From Escherichia phage JS10: a DNA stretch of 64,000 bases. Positions 50,024 to 60,640 of the stretch are shown here, in pieces. Positions within the stretch are counted from its first letter, which is position 1. The number at the start of each line of letters is the position of its first letter. The notes under the pieces were generated by a model that saw only the letters and a program-made list of their open reading frames with translations, made no database searches and was not told where the DNA came from. The DNA lies in sequence record EU863409. One strand, written 5' to 3'. The position numbers and the translations under genes are program-made.

Positions 50024-53000
50024 ATGGCTACTTTAAAGCAAATCCAATTTAAAAGAAGTAAAGTGGCCGGTGTACGTCCGACACCGGCCCAGTTGGCTGA
50101 AGGCGAACTGGCTATTAACTTAAAGGACCGTTTACTTTTTACTAAAGACGATACTGGAGCGATTATCGACCTTGGCTTTGCTAAAGGTGGTAATATCGAC
50201 GGAAACGTTATTCATAACGGTAACTACAACCAGACCGGCGATTACACTCTTACGGGTGTATTTACTCAAATAGGTGATTTTAATCTCAACGGTATTGCTC
50301 GCGTAACTCGTGATATTATTGCTGCAGGTCAGATAATGACACACGGTGGCGAACTTATTTCTAAGAGCGCCTCAACTTCTCACCTTCGTTTCTTTGACGG
50401 TAATGATCGCGAACGTGGCATTATTTTTTCTCCTAATAATGCAGGAGCAACCAACCAAATAGTTAATATTCGCGTACAGGATTATTCTACTGCAAGCGAA
50501 AGCACTTATGCATTTTCAGGTAATGGTTTATTTTCTTCTCCTGAAGTTTTTGGATGGAAATCCGTATCAACTCCAGTAATTTATACTAATAAAGTTATTA
50601 CCAATGGTAAAGTTGCTGGCGATTACGATATATCTTCATTATCAAATAACACTCCATTGGCAGAAAGCGAAACGGCTATTAACCACCTCCGTGTTATGCG
50701 AAATGCTGTAGGAGCAGGTATTTTCCACGAAGTTAATGTTAATGACGGAATAGCCTGGTATTCCGGAGATGGCTTAGACACTTATCTTTGGTCGTTTACC
50801 TGGTCCGGTGGATTGAAAGCCGGTCATTCTATTTCTGTAGGTCTTCCAGGTGGCCCTAAAGGATATTCTGAATTAGGGACGGCTTCAATTGCTCTTGGTG
50901 ACAATAACACTGGTTTGAAATGGAAACAAGACGGCCAGTTCCATACAGTTAATAATGGAGCTTATACTTTACTTACAACTCCGACTGAAGTTACAAGCCT
51001 TAAACAGTTAGTTGCGGGTTATTCAACCAACGGTTCTGATTTAATTCTTCCTACAACTCAAAACTATCCATTAGTTATTGTTAATACTACTAATGATAAA
51101 AACGGCTTCGGCGACGGTCAAACTCTTTTAGGTTATCACCAAAGCGGTAAATATCACCATTATTTTCGTGGTAAAGGCGTAACAAACGTTAATACCGATG
51201 GTGGGTTGTTGGTTACTCCTGGTAACGTTGAAGTCCGTGGTGGTTCTGTTAATATTGACGGTCGTGGTAACGCTTCCACTGTGCTTTTTAAAGGAAGTAC
51301 CTCAGGATATAGTTCAGTTGATAATATAGAGCTCAAAGGTTGGGGTGACACTTTTAATACGGTAGGTGGTTCTCGTAAAAACGTATTGGAAACATCTGAT
51401 GCTACCGGCTGGATGCACTATATTCAACGAAATACGGCAGGTAAAGTCGAATCTTATTTAAACGGCACGATGAACATCGCCGAAGGATTGTCTGTCAGTC
51501 AAGATACATCCTTAAAACGCAATCTGTATGTTTCCAATGAAATTAAAGTCCGCGCTGCTAGTGGTCTTCGTATTTGGAATGATAAGTATGGTGTTATTTT
51601 TCGAAATTCAGAAGACCAGCTGCATATTATCCCAACCAATGTTAATGCTGGTGAAAGTGGCGGATTAGGTCCATTACGCCCATTAAGTATTATGCTAGAC
51701 ACCGGTCGGGTTAAAATCCCTAACTTAGAAGCAGACCAGGTTTCTTTTAAGGGCACCGGTGTATTGGAATTCCCTAATAGTAGCGGCGCATCTTATGCCA
51801 ACCAGAACACGACTAAAGCTCCGTTGTATCAAGCACTTGATGCTGCAACTCAAGCATTTTACCCTATTACTAAGCAGAAAAATGTTGATTCGAACGTAAC
51901 TGTTACTCAAGGTATGGACCGAGCTACAAGTGAATATCGAATTGTTGCTCAAGGTGATTTGCTTGGTGATGGTGATGCTACAGGATTAAAATATTGGCGC
52001 TTTACCAAAGAAGGTAACTTCATGGCTCAGAACCGCTTATATGCAGGTACAGCTTTCATGAATACTGATGGTAATATTGCAGGTTCTATTTGGAACAAGT
52101 ATAGCGGTGCTACTAACCTTGACGCAGCGGTGAGTACTCGTGTGGCTAAAGAAGGCGACACAATGACAGGCCGCTTAACTCTTAAAACCAATTCAGACGC
52201 TATTGTTATTGATTATCCGGCAGATGAAGCTGGTTATGTTAAGGGTAAAAAAGGTGGTGTTGATAACTGGTATGTAGGTAATGGTGGTGCTGATAACGGT
52301 TTAGCCTTCTGGAGCTTCCAATCCCAAGGTGGTATTAATATCACCCATAATGGTGAGGTTGTTTTATCTCCACAAGGTGCTTCAGTATTCAATATAAACC
52401 GAGACCGTATTTATATGAACGGTTCCAACTGGATTGCACATAAATCTGGTGCATGGGGTGACCAATGGGGCTTAGAAGCACCTTATTTCCTTGAGTTTGG
52501 TAGTGTGGGTGAAGACAGTTATTATCCCATTATTAAAGGCCGATCTGTAATTAGTGGTCAGGGTTATACTACTTCTGTTGAATTAGGCATGCGTCGTACT
52601 CCACAAGCATGGGGACAAGCGATAATTCGAGTAGGTAATGCCGAGCGTGGCGACGGTCCTGTAGGTATTTTCGAATTCCACTCTAGCGGTTTATTTTACG
52701 CCCCGACTTTAGTCCAGACTCCTGCCATTGGTGTTGGTACTGTTAACGGATTAGGCTCTCCTAGTATTGCTATCGGTGATAATGATACTGGATTAGTTCA
52801 TGGTGGTGACGGCCGAATCAATATGGTTGCAAATGGTATACATATTGCATCTTGGTCTAGCTCTTACCATATCCATGAAGGTCTTTGGGATACCACTGGT
52901 GCTTTGTGGACTGAGCAAGGAAGAGCTATTATGTCTTATGGTCATCTTGTTCAGGCAAACGACAGCTATTCTACATATGTCCGTGATGTTTATGTCCGTT

Positions 53001-53335
53001 CTGATATTCGCGTTAAAAAAGACCTCGTTAAATTTGAAAATGCTTCTCAGAAGCTTTCCAAAATTAATGGTTACACTTATATGCAGAAACGAGGCCTGGA
53101 TGAGGAAGGTAATCAGAAATGGGAACCTAACGCCGGTTTAATTGCTCAAGAAGTTCAAGCTATTTTACCTGAATTGGTTGAAGGTGACCCTGATGGTGAA
53201 GCTTTACTTCGTTTAAACTATAACGGTGTAATTGGTTTAAATACAGCTGCAATCAATGAGCATACTGCTGAAATAGCAGAATTGAAATCAGAGATTGAAG
53301 AACTTAAAGCTTTAGTTAAATCATTGTTAAAATAA
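50024..53335 (+). CDS. 37: long tail fibre distal subunit gp37 with C-terminal intramolecular chaperone-type domain
   Basis: 1103 aa; C-terminal ...[30 protein letters not shown]... then coiled coil; SDxRxK is the signature of self-cleaving fibre chaperone domains. Confidence 0.85.
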   Translation: MATLKQIQFKRSKVAGVRPTPAQLAEGELAINLKDRLLFTKDDTGAIIDLGFAKGGNIDGNVIHNGNYNQTGDYTLTGVFTQIGDFNLNGIARVTRDIIAAGQIMTHGGELISKSASTSHLRFFDGNDRERGIIFSPNNAGATNQIVNIRVQDYSTASESTYAFSGNGLFSSPEVFGWKSVSTPVIYTNKVITNGKVAGDYDISSLSNNTPLAESETAINHLRVMRNAVGAGIFHEVNVNDGIAWYSGDGLDTYLWSFTWSGGLKAGHSISVGLPGGPKGYSELGTASIALGDNNTGLKWKQDGQFHTVNNGAYTLLTTPTEVTSLKQLVAGYSTNGSDLILPTTQNYPLVIVNTTNDKNGFGDGQTLLGYHQSGKYHHYFRGKGVTNVNTDGGLLVTPGNVEVRGGSVNIDGRGNASTVLFKGSTSGYSSVDNIELKGWGDTFNTVGGSRKNVLETSDATGWMHYIQRNTAGKVESYLNGTMNIAEGLSVSQDTSLKRNLYVSNEIKVRAASGLRIWNDKYGVIFRNSEDQLHIIPTNVNAGESGGLGPLRPLSIMLDTGRVKIPNLEADQVSFKGTGVLEFPNSSGASYANQNTTKAPLYQALDAATQAFYPITKQKNVDSNVTVTQGMDRATSEYRIVAQGDLLGDGDATGLKYWRFTKEGNFMAQNRLYAGTAFMNTDGNIAGSIWNKYSGATNLDAAVSTRVAKEGDTMTGRLTLKTNSDAIVIDYPADEAGYVKGKKGGVDNWYVGNGGADNGLAFWSFQSQGGINITHNGEVVLSPQGASVFNINRDRIYMNGSNWIAHKSGAWGDQWGLEAPYFLEFGSVGEDSYYPIIKGRSVISGQGYTTSVELGMRRTPQAWGQAIIRVGNAERGDGPVGIFEFHSSGLFYAPTLVQTPAIGVGTVNGLGSPSIAIGDNDTGLVHGGDGRINMVANGIHIASWSSSYHIHEGLWDTTGALWTEQGRAIMSYGHLVQANDSYSTYVRDVYVRSDIRVKKDLVKFENASQKLSKINGYTYMQKRGLDEEGNQKWEPNAGLIAQEVQAILPELVEGDPDGEALLRLNYNGVIGLNTAAINEHTAEIAELKSEIEELKALVKSLLK

Positions 53336-53366
53336 TAAGAGGGGCTTAGGCCCCTTGGAGGTTTAT

Positions 53367-54140
53367 ATGGCAGTTGAAGGACCGTGGGTAGGATGGTCTG
53401 CAAGGGTACAAACTGGGGACCCTTGGATGGCAGGAGCAGCCGTAAGATTAAGAATGGGTGTTCCATTTTGGATGAGTAATATGATAGGTCGATCTGTTGA
53501 AGTAATTCACACGCTTGGGGCCGACCATAACTTTAACGGGCAATGGTTTAGAGACCGTTGTTTTGAAGCCGGCGGTGCTCCTATAGTGTTTAATATCACA
53601 GGCAACTTAGTATCATATACTAAAGATGTTCCATTGTTCTTTATGTACGGTGATACTCCTAATGAATATGTTACTTTGAATATTCATGGTGGTGTTCATA
53701 TGTGGGGCCGAGGTGGCAACGGTTCAGTAAATGGAAGCCCAGGCACTAATGGCGGTGACGTAATCCAAAATGATATTGGTGGGCGACTTCGCATTTGGAA
53801 TTATGGTGTGATAGCCTCCGGTGGTGGTGGCGGCGGTGCCGTATCATTACAGAATAGTTGGCCTGCAAATTCTACAGCAGGTGGCGGTGGCGGCAGACCA
53901 TTTGGTCTCGGCGGCGGTGGTGTTAATTGGCCAGGTGGCAATGCTAGTTATGATGGTCCAGGTGGCGCCGGTTACACTTCCCAATTCGGCGGAGGCAATG
54001 GCGGTGATGCTGGAGGTTGGGGCGGAGATGGATGGGGTAATAACTTATCCAGGTCAGGTGGGGGTGCTCCTGGTAGAGCAGTATTCGGTTCCTCCCCATC
54101 ATGGGGCGCTACAGGCACTATCTACGGCTCATGGTTATAG
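53367..54140 (+). CDS. 38: gp38 tail fibre adhesin (T2 type, glycine-rich motifs)
   Basis: Start at ATG with GGAGG RBS (track ORF begins at 53355); about 257 aa; several poly-Gly tracts ([21 protein letters not shown]). Confidence 0.8.
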   Translation: MAVEGPWVGWSARVQTGDPWMAGAAVRLRMGVPFWMSNMIGRSVEVIHTLGADHNFNGQWFRDRCFEAGGAPIVFNITGNLVSYTKDVPLFFMYGDTPNEYVTLNIHGGVHMWGRGGNGSVNGSPGTNGGDVIQNDIGGRLRIWNYGVIASGGGGGGAVSLQNSWPANSTAGGGGGRPFGLGGGGVNWPGGNASYDGPGGAGYTSQFGGGNGGDAGGWGGDGWGNNLSRSGGGAPGRAVFGSSPSWGATGTIYGSWL

Positions 54141-54151
54141 TACATAAGCGC

Positions 54152-54159
54152 TATAAATA
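54152..54159 (+). promoter_or_regulatory. Late promoter TATAAATA upstream of holin t
   Basis: Exact TATAAATA about 20 nt upstream of the t ATG. Confidence 0.5.
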
Positions 54160-54177
54160 TCTTTAAAGGAGAAAAGT

Positions 54178-54831
54178 ATGGAACCAAAAGTAGGATTTTC
54201 ATTATCAGACCTACTTTTTGGACTTCTTGATAGAATTTTTAAAGATACTTCTTCCGGGAAAGTAGTTTTTTCCCGGGTCCTAGTCGTAATATTATTGTTC
54301 TTTATGGCATTAGTTTGGTATAAAGGCGAATATATTCTAAACTTTTATAAAGAGACAACTTATGCCTCTTATACTGAAATGATTAGACAAGACCAGGACA
54401 ATAGATTTAAAATTGCGGCTATCGAGCAGCTCCGAATAGTGCATTCTTCTTCAGGCGCAGACTTCACAGCAATATATTCTTTTAGACCAACCAACATGAA
54501 TTATTTTGTGGACATGGTTGCTTATGAGGGTAAATTACCGGAAACGGTAGACGCAAAAAATACGGGAGGATTTCCGATTGACAAAACGTCAGTAGAGTAT
54601 ATGGCGGGAGTTAACGGGAACTATTTTGAATCAAGTACAGAAACTGTGTTCCTTCCTACAAAGAAGAAAACCCATTTCACGTATATGTTTTCATGTCCGT
54701 TTTTTAATTTGGATAACATCTATGCCGGTTCGATATCATTATACTGGTATGACATCAAACCGGATTTAGGATTTCCTAGACTTTCGTCTATGTGTGGTCA
54801 GGCCGGGAGGACATTAGGTCGAACTCGTTAA
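54178..54831 (+). CDS. t: holin T
   Basis: 217 aa; N-terminal transmembrane segment and large periplasmic domain; ...SDLLFGLLDRIFKD...YSFRP.NMNYFVDMVAYEGKLP... matches T4 T. Confidence 0.9.
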   Translation: MEPKVGFSLSDLLFGLLDRIFKDTSSGKVVFSRVLVVILLFFMALVWYKGEYILNFYKETTYASYTEMIRQDQDNRFKIAAIEQLRIVHSSSGADFTAIYSFRPTNMNYFVDMVAYEGKLPETVDAKNTGGFPIDKTSVEYMAGVNGNYFESSTETVFLPTKKKTHFTYMFSCPFFNLDNIYAGSISLYWYDIKPDLGFPRLSSMCGQAGRTLGRTR

Positions 54832-55103
54832 AAATTGGAGGTATACATCATTAGATAACGGTGTATATCTTCATACCCTTCATTAAATTGCTCAATAAGA
54901 GTATCACGTTCATCTTCAGTTAAAGACTTAAAGAGTTTATTAAAAGATAGACCGTTAAGTTCCTTTCCATGTTCATTACGAATACCTAACTCATTCAAAA
55001 AGGCAATAAACTCATCACGACGTTGCATGATGTCTTCACAATCCGTTTTAATCAAAATGGAAACAATAGTAGCAATTTCGGAAACGATTTCAATTTTAGT
55101 CAT
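54828..55103 (-). CDS. asiA: anti-sigma70 protein AsiA
   Basis: 91 aa; ...IVSILIK...FIAFLNELGI...EQFNEGYEDIHRYLMMYT matches T4 AsiA. Confidence 0.85.
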   Translation of the reverse strand: MTKIEIVSEIATIVSILIKTDCEDIMQRRDEFIAFLNELGIRNEHGKELNGLSFNKLFKSLTEDERDTLIEQFNEGYEDIHRYLMMYTSNF

Positions 55104-55134
55104 AATATTCTCTTCAATTCAGTACGACATTATC

Positions 55135-55174
55135 TGATAAGGCTATAATAACATATCCTTAGTAATTGTAAACA
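55135..55174 (-). promoter_or_regulatory. Early promoter for asiA (GTTTAC-N17-TATTAT)
   Basis: On the - strand: GTTTACaattactaaggatatgtTATTATagcc. Confidence 0.5.
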
Positions 55175-55317
55175 TGTTCTTCGTTCTTTTTAACATATTC
55201 CTGATACATTTCTTCAATAGGTTCCTGGAACTTAAAATCAGCTCCTAGGAATTCCTCAAAGCACTCCTGCTCACGTGTACGCATGCCTGATACGGTGTTC
55301 TCTAAGTTATGACTCAT
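55159..55317 (-). CDS. possible small acidic ORF (about 52 aa) between arn and asiA
   Basis: ATG-initiated ORF MSHNLENTVSGMRTREQ...; overlaps the asiA promoter, so doubtful. Confidence 0.2.
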   Translation of the reverse strand: MSHNLENTVSGMRTREQECFEEFLGADFKFQEPIEEMYQEYVKKNEEHVYNY

Positions 55318-55327
55318 AGGTTAATCC

Positions 55328-55609
55328 TCAATCAATGTAGTCTTCTAAACCGAAACCATCAATTTCTTCTTGAATTTCTCTTAATACTTGTTCTTCATCT
55401 AGACCGGACCCAAAAGTTACTTTAACATACCCGGGGCGTTCACCAGAGAACCGAATTGTGTATTCTGGTTGGATATAACCAAAACTACTATCCAAATCAC
55501 AAAGGATTTCTGCATAGGTTTCGTCGCCAACAGCAGCATGAATTTTTAAAAGTTCATCAATGAGAATAACTAGTTCAGTTGCTTCGCATGCCTGGAGTTT
55601 AGTAATCAT
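55328..55609 (-). CDS. arn: Arn-like acidic protein (anti-restriction, by synteny)
   Basis: 93 aa strongly acidic protein next to asiA, as T4 arn. Confidence 0.5.
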   Translation of the reverse strand: MITKLQACEATELVILIDELLKIHAAVGDETYAEILCDLDSSFGYIQPEYTIRFSGERPGYVKVTFGSGLDEEQVLREIQEEIDGFGLEDYID

Positions 55610-55698
55610 AGCCTTTACCCTTATGCTTCTGTTTACGTTTGGACTCTTTAAAGTTTTTCTTCTTGTCCTTATGGACTGAAGCCTTATTGAAATCGTGC

Positions 55699-55980
55699 TT
55701 AGCTACCAGATTGATCACGTAATTTCCTTAATTGATATTCAAGAGAACTGATAATTTCTTTATTAGTTGCAATATACATATCACGTAGGAACGGCTTCAA
55801 CCCTTCCATATTCCCATGGATTGTCTTAGAACTAATATTCTTTATATATTCATGGTCTAATGCATCCCAAGCCGGCTGGTTGACGTAAGTTCCCCAGTTG
55901 TCTTCAACCATAACATTCAGACGTTTAATGTGGTTGATATGGGCTTCGATTGCATCAATCTGGAGTTGTTTAAGATTCAT
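55699..55980 (-). CDS. hypothetical protein
   Basis: 93 aa ORF. Confidence 0.5.
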   Translation of the reverse strand: MNLKQLQIDAIEAHINHIKRLNVMVEDNWGTYVNQPAWDALDHEYIKNISSKTIHGNMEGLKPFLRDMYIATNKEIISSLEYQLRKLRDQSGS

Positions 55981-56468
55981 TAGTAAAGGTCCTCAGAGTA
56001 AAGTTCTTTTTCACTACCACCACGTTCAATACGAACTTGATTAGCATATGTTGCAATAATCATTGCTTCTTCGCGAGTCCAATAATTTGAGTATTGGTCG
56101 ATAAATCCTTGGTCATCACCGCAAACATGCTCTGACACAAGTTTATCACTTACTTGGTCAAGCACTTCCGCCATATCTTTAGAATAATGACGAGCTCCTG
56201 GAATAACCAGAGTCCCGCCGTCTTTTAACTTAAAGCGGTTGGCTGCGCATACAATTCGACGTTGGTATTTTTCATTGTTATTCCAATGAGCAATCTGCCA
56301 ACATATTTCAGGAACCTCTTCCAAAACATCCTCTTCCGAATATTCAGTGTAATCACCGTAGGCTCGTAATTTAGCTGCCAGACTTTTAGGCGTTTCACGA
56401 GAAAGAGCTTTATCTAATAAAGCCATACGGTCTTTAAAGGATAATTCTTTACCTTTTAAGGGATTCAT
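55980..56468 (-). CDS. hypothetical protein
   Basis: 162 aa ORF. Confidence 0.5.
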   Translation of the reverse strand: MNPLKGKELSFKDRMALLDKALSRETPKSLAAKLRAYGDYTEYSEEDVLEEVPEICWQIAHWNNNEKYQRRIVCAANRFKLKDGGTLVIPGARHYSKDMAEVLDQVSDKLVSEHVCGDDQGFIDQYSNYWTREEAMIIATYANQVRIERGGSEKELYSEDLY

Positions 56469-56824
56469 TTCACAATTACCTTATAGCCTTTAACTTTAGA
56501 AAATGATTGGATTTTGGAACCAGTTTCAATCAACATATCTTCATTAGAAGAAGATAGCATGATATCCACGATTTGACCTTTACCGTATGGGTTGATAGAA
56601 ACTTCTTCCTTGGCAATCATAGCTAAAAATCTATTTAACTGCATACCAAATTCAAGAGTCACTTCATGAATACGAAGGTTAAGCTGGTATACTTTCTTAA
56701 CACCGTTAACTAAGGAAGCCATTTCACCCCATGCATTACGTTGTTCTTCGCAAGGCTCTTCAATCAATTTAAGGGAATGGCCTTCACCGTCCCAGTTAAG
56801 TTCCATCGGAATCATTTGAACCAT
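56465..56824 (-). CDS. hypothetical protein
   Basis: 119 aa ORF. Confidence 0.5.
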   Translation of the reverse strand: MVQMIPMELNWDGEGHSLKLIEEPCEEQRNAWGEMASLVNGVKKVYQLNLRIHEVTLEFGMQLNRFLAMIAKEEVSINPYGKGQIVDIMLSSSNEDMLIETGSKIQSFSKVKGYKVIVK

Positions 56825-57141
56825 CCTTTAACACGTTGCCATAAAGTTTTCTGTTGAGCTTTATTTACACCAATTGAACGAATGACCGGTTGTGATTCCT
56901 GGTATTCTTTGTAGTCAGCTTTATAGACTTCATAAGCCGCTGGAACAAAGGTGCTGATGGCTGCCATAAAGTTCTTACGAATTCCCATAGAAGCTTCAGA
57001 ACCGCCACGGATGATTAAGTATTTACCCGCTTTAATCTTAACAATAGTGCCGAGATAAGCGCCATGGTACCAAATATCCCAACCTTCTTGAGTAGGTTCT
57101 GCACAACGACGAAGTTCATTAACAATATTCAGCTTGTTCAT
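56812..57141 (-). CDS. hypothetical protein (motA.1-position)
   Basis: 109 aa ORF directly downstream of motA. Confidence 0.5.
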   Translation of the reverse strand: MNKLNIVNELRRCAEPTQEGWDIWYHGAYLGTIVKIKAGKYLIIRGGSEASMGIRKNFMAAISTFVPAAYEVYKADYKEYQESQPVIRSIGVNKAQQKTLWQRVKGWFK

Positions 57142-57159
57142 AATAATTTCCTCAGTCAG

Positions 57160-57792
57160 TTAAATTGCGTTGGTTACGGTTTTGATAACTTCAGATGATA
57201 CGTTTTGGAAGTCGATATAAGTATTCTTACCACCAGTCTTAATCTTAACATCAAGATTCAAAGAAGTAAACACTTGTTTTTCTTTATCAGTCATATTATA
57301 ACCGAAGATGCGCATCATTCCGTCACGACGGACTTCGATTTGACGAATACCGTTAGTACGTTTAGCGAATCGAACTTCAAGATTGCTACGGTTTTCAGCG
57401 ATTTCACGAATCTCGATACGGTCTTCTAACAAAGATTTAACTTCATCAGCCAATACTACCATTTCAGGAGTAACACCACGTGAACTACGTGTTTTACGTT
57501 TTTCCAACATCTCTGGAGCATTTTCAGAAGCGAACAGGTCAGCAGCTTTTTGAACTAGGTCCATTGCTTCACCTGTAGCCACCAGTCCATCACCAGATTT
57601 TTCGATGAATCCTTTCTTAATCAATACACCAATGTTAGAGTTAACTACCGCTGCACTAAATTGTTCACTCAGGGCTTCACGGACTTCGCCTGAAGTGATG
57701 AAGTTATGCTTGATGATATGTACTAAGATTGAAGCGGTTTTTTCATTCAGGGCGTCTTCAGAAGCTTTGATGATATAAGTAATTTTAGACAT
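57160..57792 (-). CDS. motA: MotA middle-transcription activator
   Basis: 210 aa; MSKITYIIKASEDALNEKTASILV...SNIGVLIKKGFIEKSGDGL matches T4 MotA. Confidence 0.85.
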   Translation of the reverse strand: MSKITYIIKASEDALNEKTASILVHIIKHNFITSGEVREALSEQFSAAVVNSNIGVLIKKGFIEKSGDGLVATGEAMDLVQKAADLFASENAPEMLEKRKTRSSRGVTPEMVVLADEVKSLLEDRIEIREIAENRSNLEVRFAKRTNGIRQIEVRRDGMMRIFGYNMTDKEKQVFTSLNLDVKIKTGGKNTYIDFQNVSSEVIKTVTNAI

Positions 57793-57814
57793 TTTAATCT
57801 CCGTTTCAGTTCAT

Positions 57815-57860
57815 TTATTTGATAGGTCTATAGTATCATGTTTAAAGCAGAAGTAAACTT
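57815..57860 (-). promoter_or_regulatory. Early promoter cassette for motA
   Basis: tttgataggtctatagtatcatgtttaaagcagaagtaaac. Confidence 0.55.
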
Positions 57861-57898
57861 TATTTTGAGCTCTTTTTCAAGAGCTCTAATAAAAGTAC

Positions 57899-58126
57899 TT
57901 ACTTAATGTTCAGATTACGAACTTCGATTTCGTCTTCAGGGGCAAAATCAAACTGTTTGAATTCTGTGTCACCTTTAAATTTAAAAATCATTGTGAAGAA
58001 AGTCAGAACACCGGGTTTTTCTTCACGAACTCCACAGATATCATATTCAATACCATCTACAACCAGTTTGTTAGCAGTCAGAGCATTTTTAGCTTTAACG
58101 ATTTCGTTTTCGATTTTAAATTTCAT
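57899..58126 (-). CDS. hypothetical protein
   Basis: 75 aa ORF flanked on both sides by near-identical promoter cassettes. Confidence 0.5.
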   Translation of the reverse strand: MKFKIENEIVKAKNALTANKLVVDGIEYDICGVREEKPGVLTFFTMIFKFKGDTEFKQFDFAPEDEIEVRNLNIK

Positions 58127-58149
58127 TTTTGTATCTCCGGGTTGTTTGT

Positions 58150-58197
58150 TTCAGTTCATTTATTTGATAGGTCTATAGTATCATGTTTAAAGCAGAT
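58150..58197 (-). promoter_or_regulatory. Early promoter cassette (near-identical copy of the one at 57815-57860)
   Basis: tttgataggtctatagtatcatgtttaaagcagatgtaaac. Confidence 0.55.
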
Positions 58198-58221
58198 GTA
58201 AACACTTTTTTGCACTAAACC

Positions 58222-58252
58222 CAAAAAGGAACCCGAAGGTTCCTTACTTTTT
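58222..58252 (-). terminator. Rho-independent terminator (- strand)
   Basis: ggaacc-cgaa-ggttcc hairpin followed by a T-run on the - strand. Confidence 0.55.
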
Positions 58253-58348
58253 AAAGTGGGCCGCTATTAAACCTATAGCTAAGCCTGTTGCCAGGCCTAG
58301 GATAACAGCAAAGATACAGAGTAGCAAGAACTCGACTCCAAGGCTCAT
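58244..58348 (-). CDS. possible small hydrophobic membrane peptide (about 34 aa)
   Basis: MSLGVEFLLLCIFAVILGLATGLAIGLIAAHFKK; GGAGG RBS; ATG overlaps the gp52 stop; followed by a terminator. Confidence 0.35.
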   Translation of the reverse strand: MSLGVEFLLLCIFAVILGLATGLAIGLIAAHFKK

Positions 58349-59724
58349 AGAGCCTCCAAATCTTTAACATACTCAGTTACAACATCAGTGGTTTTCCAGT
58401 ATTGATGCTCTTCTTTCTTAGCCTTGGCTTCCAAAGCCAGTTTCTTAGCTTCATCGGACGTGATATGGAAAATATTCATTGCTACGAGTTTATCAGCGTA
58501 TTCGCCGTAGACTTTATTACCGGTTAATTCTTCGGTTAAAACCTTACGGGTCTTACCTTGGATAACCACTACACCATCAATAACATCTTTAATGAATGTG
58601 GCTTTAGCCAATGCCAGTTTGAAAGCTTCTTCGGTTTCGATGATTTTACCATCAATACGTTTTTGTACAAAGGTCTTACGGACCTCAACGAAATCACGAA
58701 TCAGTTCAACTACATCTTCGTAAACCTTAAGTTTACCTTTCTCATTAATGACGGTCAGGTTTTGCGAACGACGTTCGATTAACCCGAAGTCCTTCATGAT
58801 TTTTTCATGCTTCTTATTTTCTTCAGTAGGCAATTCATATTCTTTACGAATCTTAACCTTGAAGCCGAAACCATTCTCGTCACAGTCGTCATCATACGTG
58901 ATATACCCTTTGTCTTCTAAAGGGTCCAACACCTTAGCCACATACGTTTCACGGTCGTATTTGTACGGGATTTCTGTGATATGCATTTGGGTTCGAGATG
59001 TGAACTTATACGTGCCTCGTAGTTCATAACTACCTGGTTCAATCTCAACCACATCGCCACGGAATTCCGGATAAGCCACCTTAGGCTTGGTTACGCGTTT
59101 TTCTTGAAGAACCTGCAATACAGCTTTCTTAACAGAATCAAAACTATGAGGAAGAATATTAGTTGCATAACCAGTTGCAATACCGGAAATACCATTAAGA
59201 AGAACAGTAGGAATAATAGGCAGATAAAAAGCTGGTGGCTTATGTTCGACATCCGCATGAACCGGAGCATATTCTGTATCCTTATAAACCTTTGCGAAAT
59301 TAGTTCCAATTCGTGCAAAAATATAACGAGAGGCCGCAGCCTTTTGAACCAGTCGAGAACCGAAGTTGCCCTGACCATCCAACAGTGGGAAGTTGTTGTT
59401 CCATGTGTTAGCCATCAGAGCACCTGCTTCTTGAGCAGAACCTTCACCGTGGTGATATCCAAGGTCGGCTACACCACCTGCAATAGAAGCCAGTTTGTGG
59501 AATTTTTCTTTATTACCACGAGCCATATCAAGACAACGAGCAACTACAAAACGTTGTACAGGTTTAAAGCCATCAATCATATTTGGAATGGCTCGGTTTT
59601 CGACAGTATACATTGCATAAGCCAATGCTTCGTTGTCGATAATACTTTTTAAGTCACGAGGAGTAAAAGTATCGTCGTAAACATCTAAAGCCTGTTTAAA
59701 AAGGGTATCAATTACATCAGCCAT
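58345..59724 (-). CDS. 52: DNA topoisomerase II medium subunit gp52
   Basis: 459 aa; GyrA/ParC-like N-terminus (...AMYTVENRAIPNMIDGFKPVQRFV...). Confidence 0.9.
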   Translation of the reverse strand: MADVIDTLFKQALDVYDDTFTPRDLKSIIDNEALAYAMYTVENRAIPNMIDGFKPVQRFVVARCLDMARGNKEKFHKLASIAGGVADLGYHHGEGSAQEAGALMANTWNNNFPLLDGQGNFGSRLVQKAAASRYIFARIGTNFAKVYKDTEYAPVHADVEHKPPAFYLPIIPTVLLNGISGIATGYATNILPHSFDSVKKAVLQVLQEKRVTKPKVAYPEFRGDVVEIEPGSYELRGTYKFTSRTQMHITEIPYKYDRETYVAKVLDPLEDKGYITYDDDCDENGFGFKVKIRKEYELPTEENKKHEKIMKDFGLIERRSQNLTVINEKGKLKVYEDVVELIRDFVEVRKTFVQKRIDGKIIETEEAFKLALAKATFIKDVIDGVVVIQGKTRKVLTEELTGNKVYGEYADKLVAMNIFHITSDEAKKLALEAKAKKEEHQYWKTTDVVTEYVKDLEAL

Positions 59725-59728
59725 AATT

Positions 59729-59869
59729 TTACCATACTAGTGAATGAATAGCCATAATAACATCGGAAATAAAAAGCACAACTTGGATAAGCCCGAATAT
59801 TACTCCATAATACAGTGCTACTAATAAAGCAGCAAGGGCTAACGAGTAACCCAAGATTTTCTTAATCAT
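59729..59869 (-). CDS. possible small membrane protein (about 46 aa)
   Basis: Hydrophobic ORF; ATG start inside the track ORF 59729-59917 (which begins with TTG). Confidence 0.3.
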   Translation of the reverse strand: MIKKILGYSLALAALLVALYYGVIFGLIQVVLFISDVIMAIHSLVW

Positions 59870-60023
59870 TTTTAATCGTCTTAAGTAAACCGACAAAAGT
59901 AGAAAGAATCCAGCCAATAAACAGAAAACTTAAGAATACCGGACCAGGGGTCCACACACCTAAAAAGAAGCAAACCGAACAGACTATAGCCGTAATAAGT
60001 TCAATAAAAACTAGGATAATCAT
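59862..60023 (-). CDS. possible small membrane protein (about 53 aa)
   Basis: MIILVFIELITAIVCSVCFFLGVW...; GAGGAAAA RBS; overlaps the next small ORF. Confidence 0.3.
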   Translation of the reverse strand: MIILVFIELITAIVCSVCFFLGVWTPGPVFLSFLFIGWILSTFVGLLKTIKND

Positions 60024-60110
60024 ATTTTCCTCATTAGCGTCCGAAGACGCCTTTAGTTTTAAGATTGTTACGATAGAACTGCATCACATGTTCGTTATGG
60101 AAATTACTCA

Positions 60111-60560
60111 TTAGTAAGCCTGCAGAACGAATTTGAAGTTATCAGCCAACATGCGGTTCATTTCTTCCAGGGTCTGGAGGTCAGAACTATGGTTGCGGGT
60201 GAAAGCCATTGCAATTTGACCTTTACCAAAGCCTGTGGTCAGAGGTTTCATTTTAGAAGCCGGCACATAAAGGACTTCATACACAACACCATTCACAGCC
60301 ATAGTGCGAGCTGATTGAGAACGTTTCTTACGGATGTTAGCCACAATACCATCAAGACCTTGAGCTGAACGTTGGTTACCGACATAAAAGCGAGCGGCTA
60401 CGACACGAGAATCTGCTTCACCTTTAACAAAGAAGTAGAAGCCTGGCTGGGCTGAGATTTCTTTAGAAGGCTTACCATTTTGGTATTCACCATTCTTAAC
60501 ATAAGCAACAGTAGTAGCACCAGCAGACAGAACGTTACCGCGAGTCATATAAGTATTCAT
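60111..60560 (-). CDS. ndd: Ndd-like protein (nucleoid disruption), by synteny and size
   Basis: 149 aa; position between gene 52 and rIIB as in T4; sequence not independently confirmed. Confidence 0.4.
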
Positions 60561-60594
60561 ATCAATTTCCTCAGTAGATTAATGTTTTGTTATC

Positions 60595-60640
60595 CAGTCA
60601 ACGAGAACCATTATAACATGATTCTCGAGGTTGTAAACTA
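60595..60640 (-). promoter_or_regulatory. Early promoter (GTTTAC-N17-TATAAT) with flanking inverted repeat
   Basis: On the - strand: GTTTACaacctcgagaatcatgtTATAATgg; cgagaa/ttctcg inverted repeat. Confidence 0.45.

Noticed and set aside
53821-54147. 108 aa + strand ORF overlapping gp38 in another frame
   Set aside because: Alternative frame of the GGT/GGC-rich gp38 region; the gp38 frame gives the expected Gly-rich adhesin.
55610-55698. Short basic GTG-initiated ORF between arn and the next gene
   Set aside because: No ATG and no RBS; more likely just intergenic sequence.
59104-59652. 182 aa + strand ORF
   Set aside because: Antisense to the topoisomerase gene 52.
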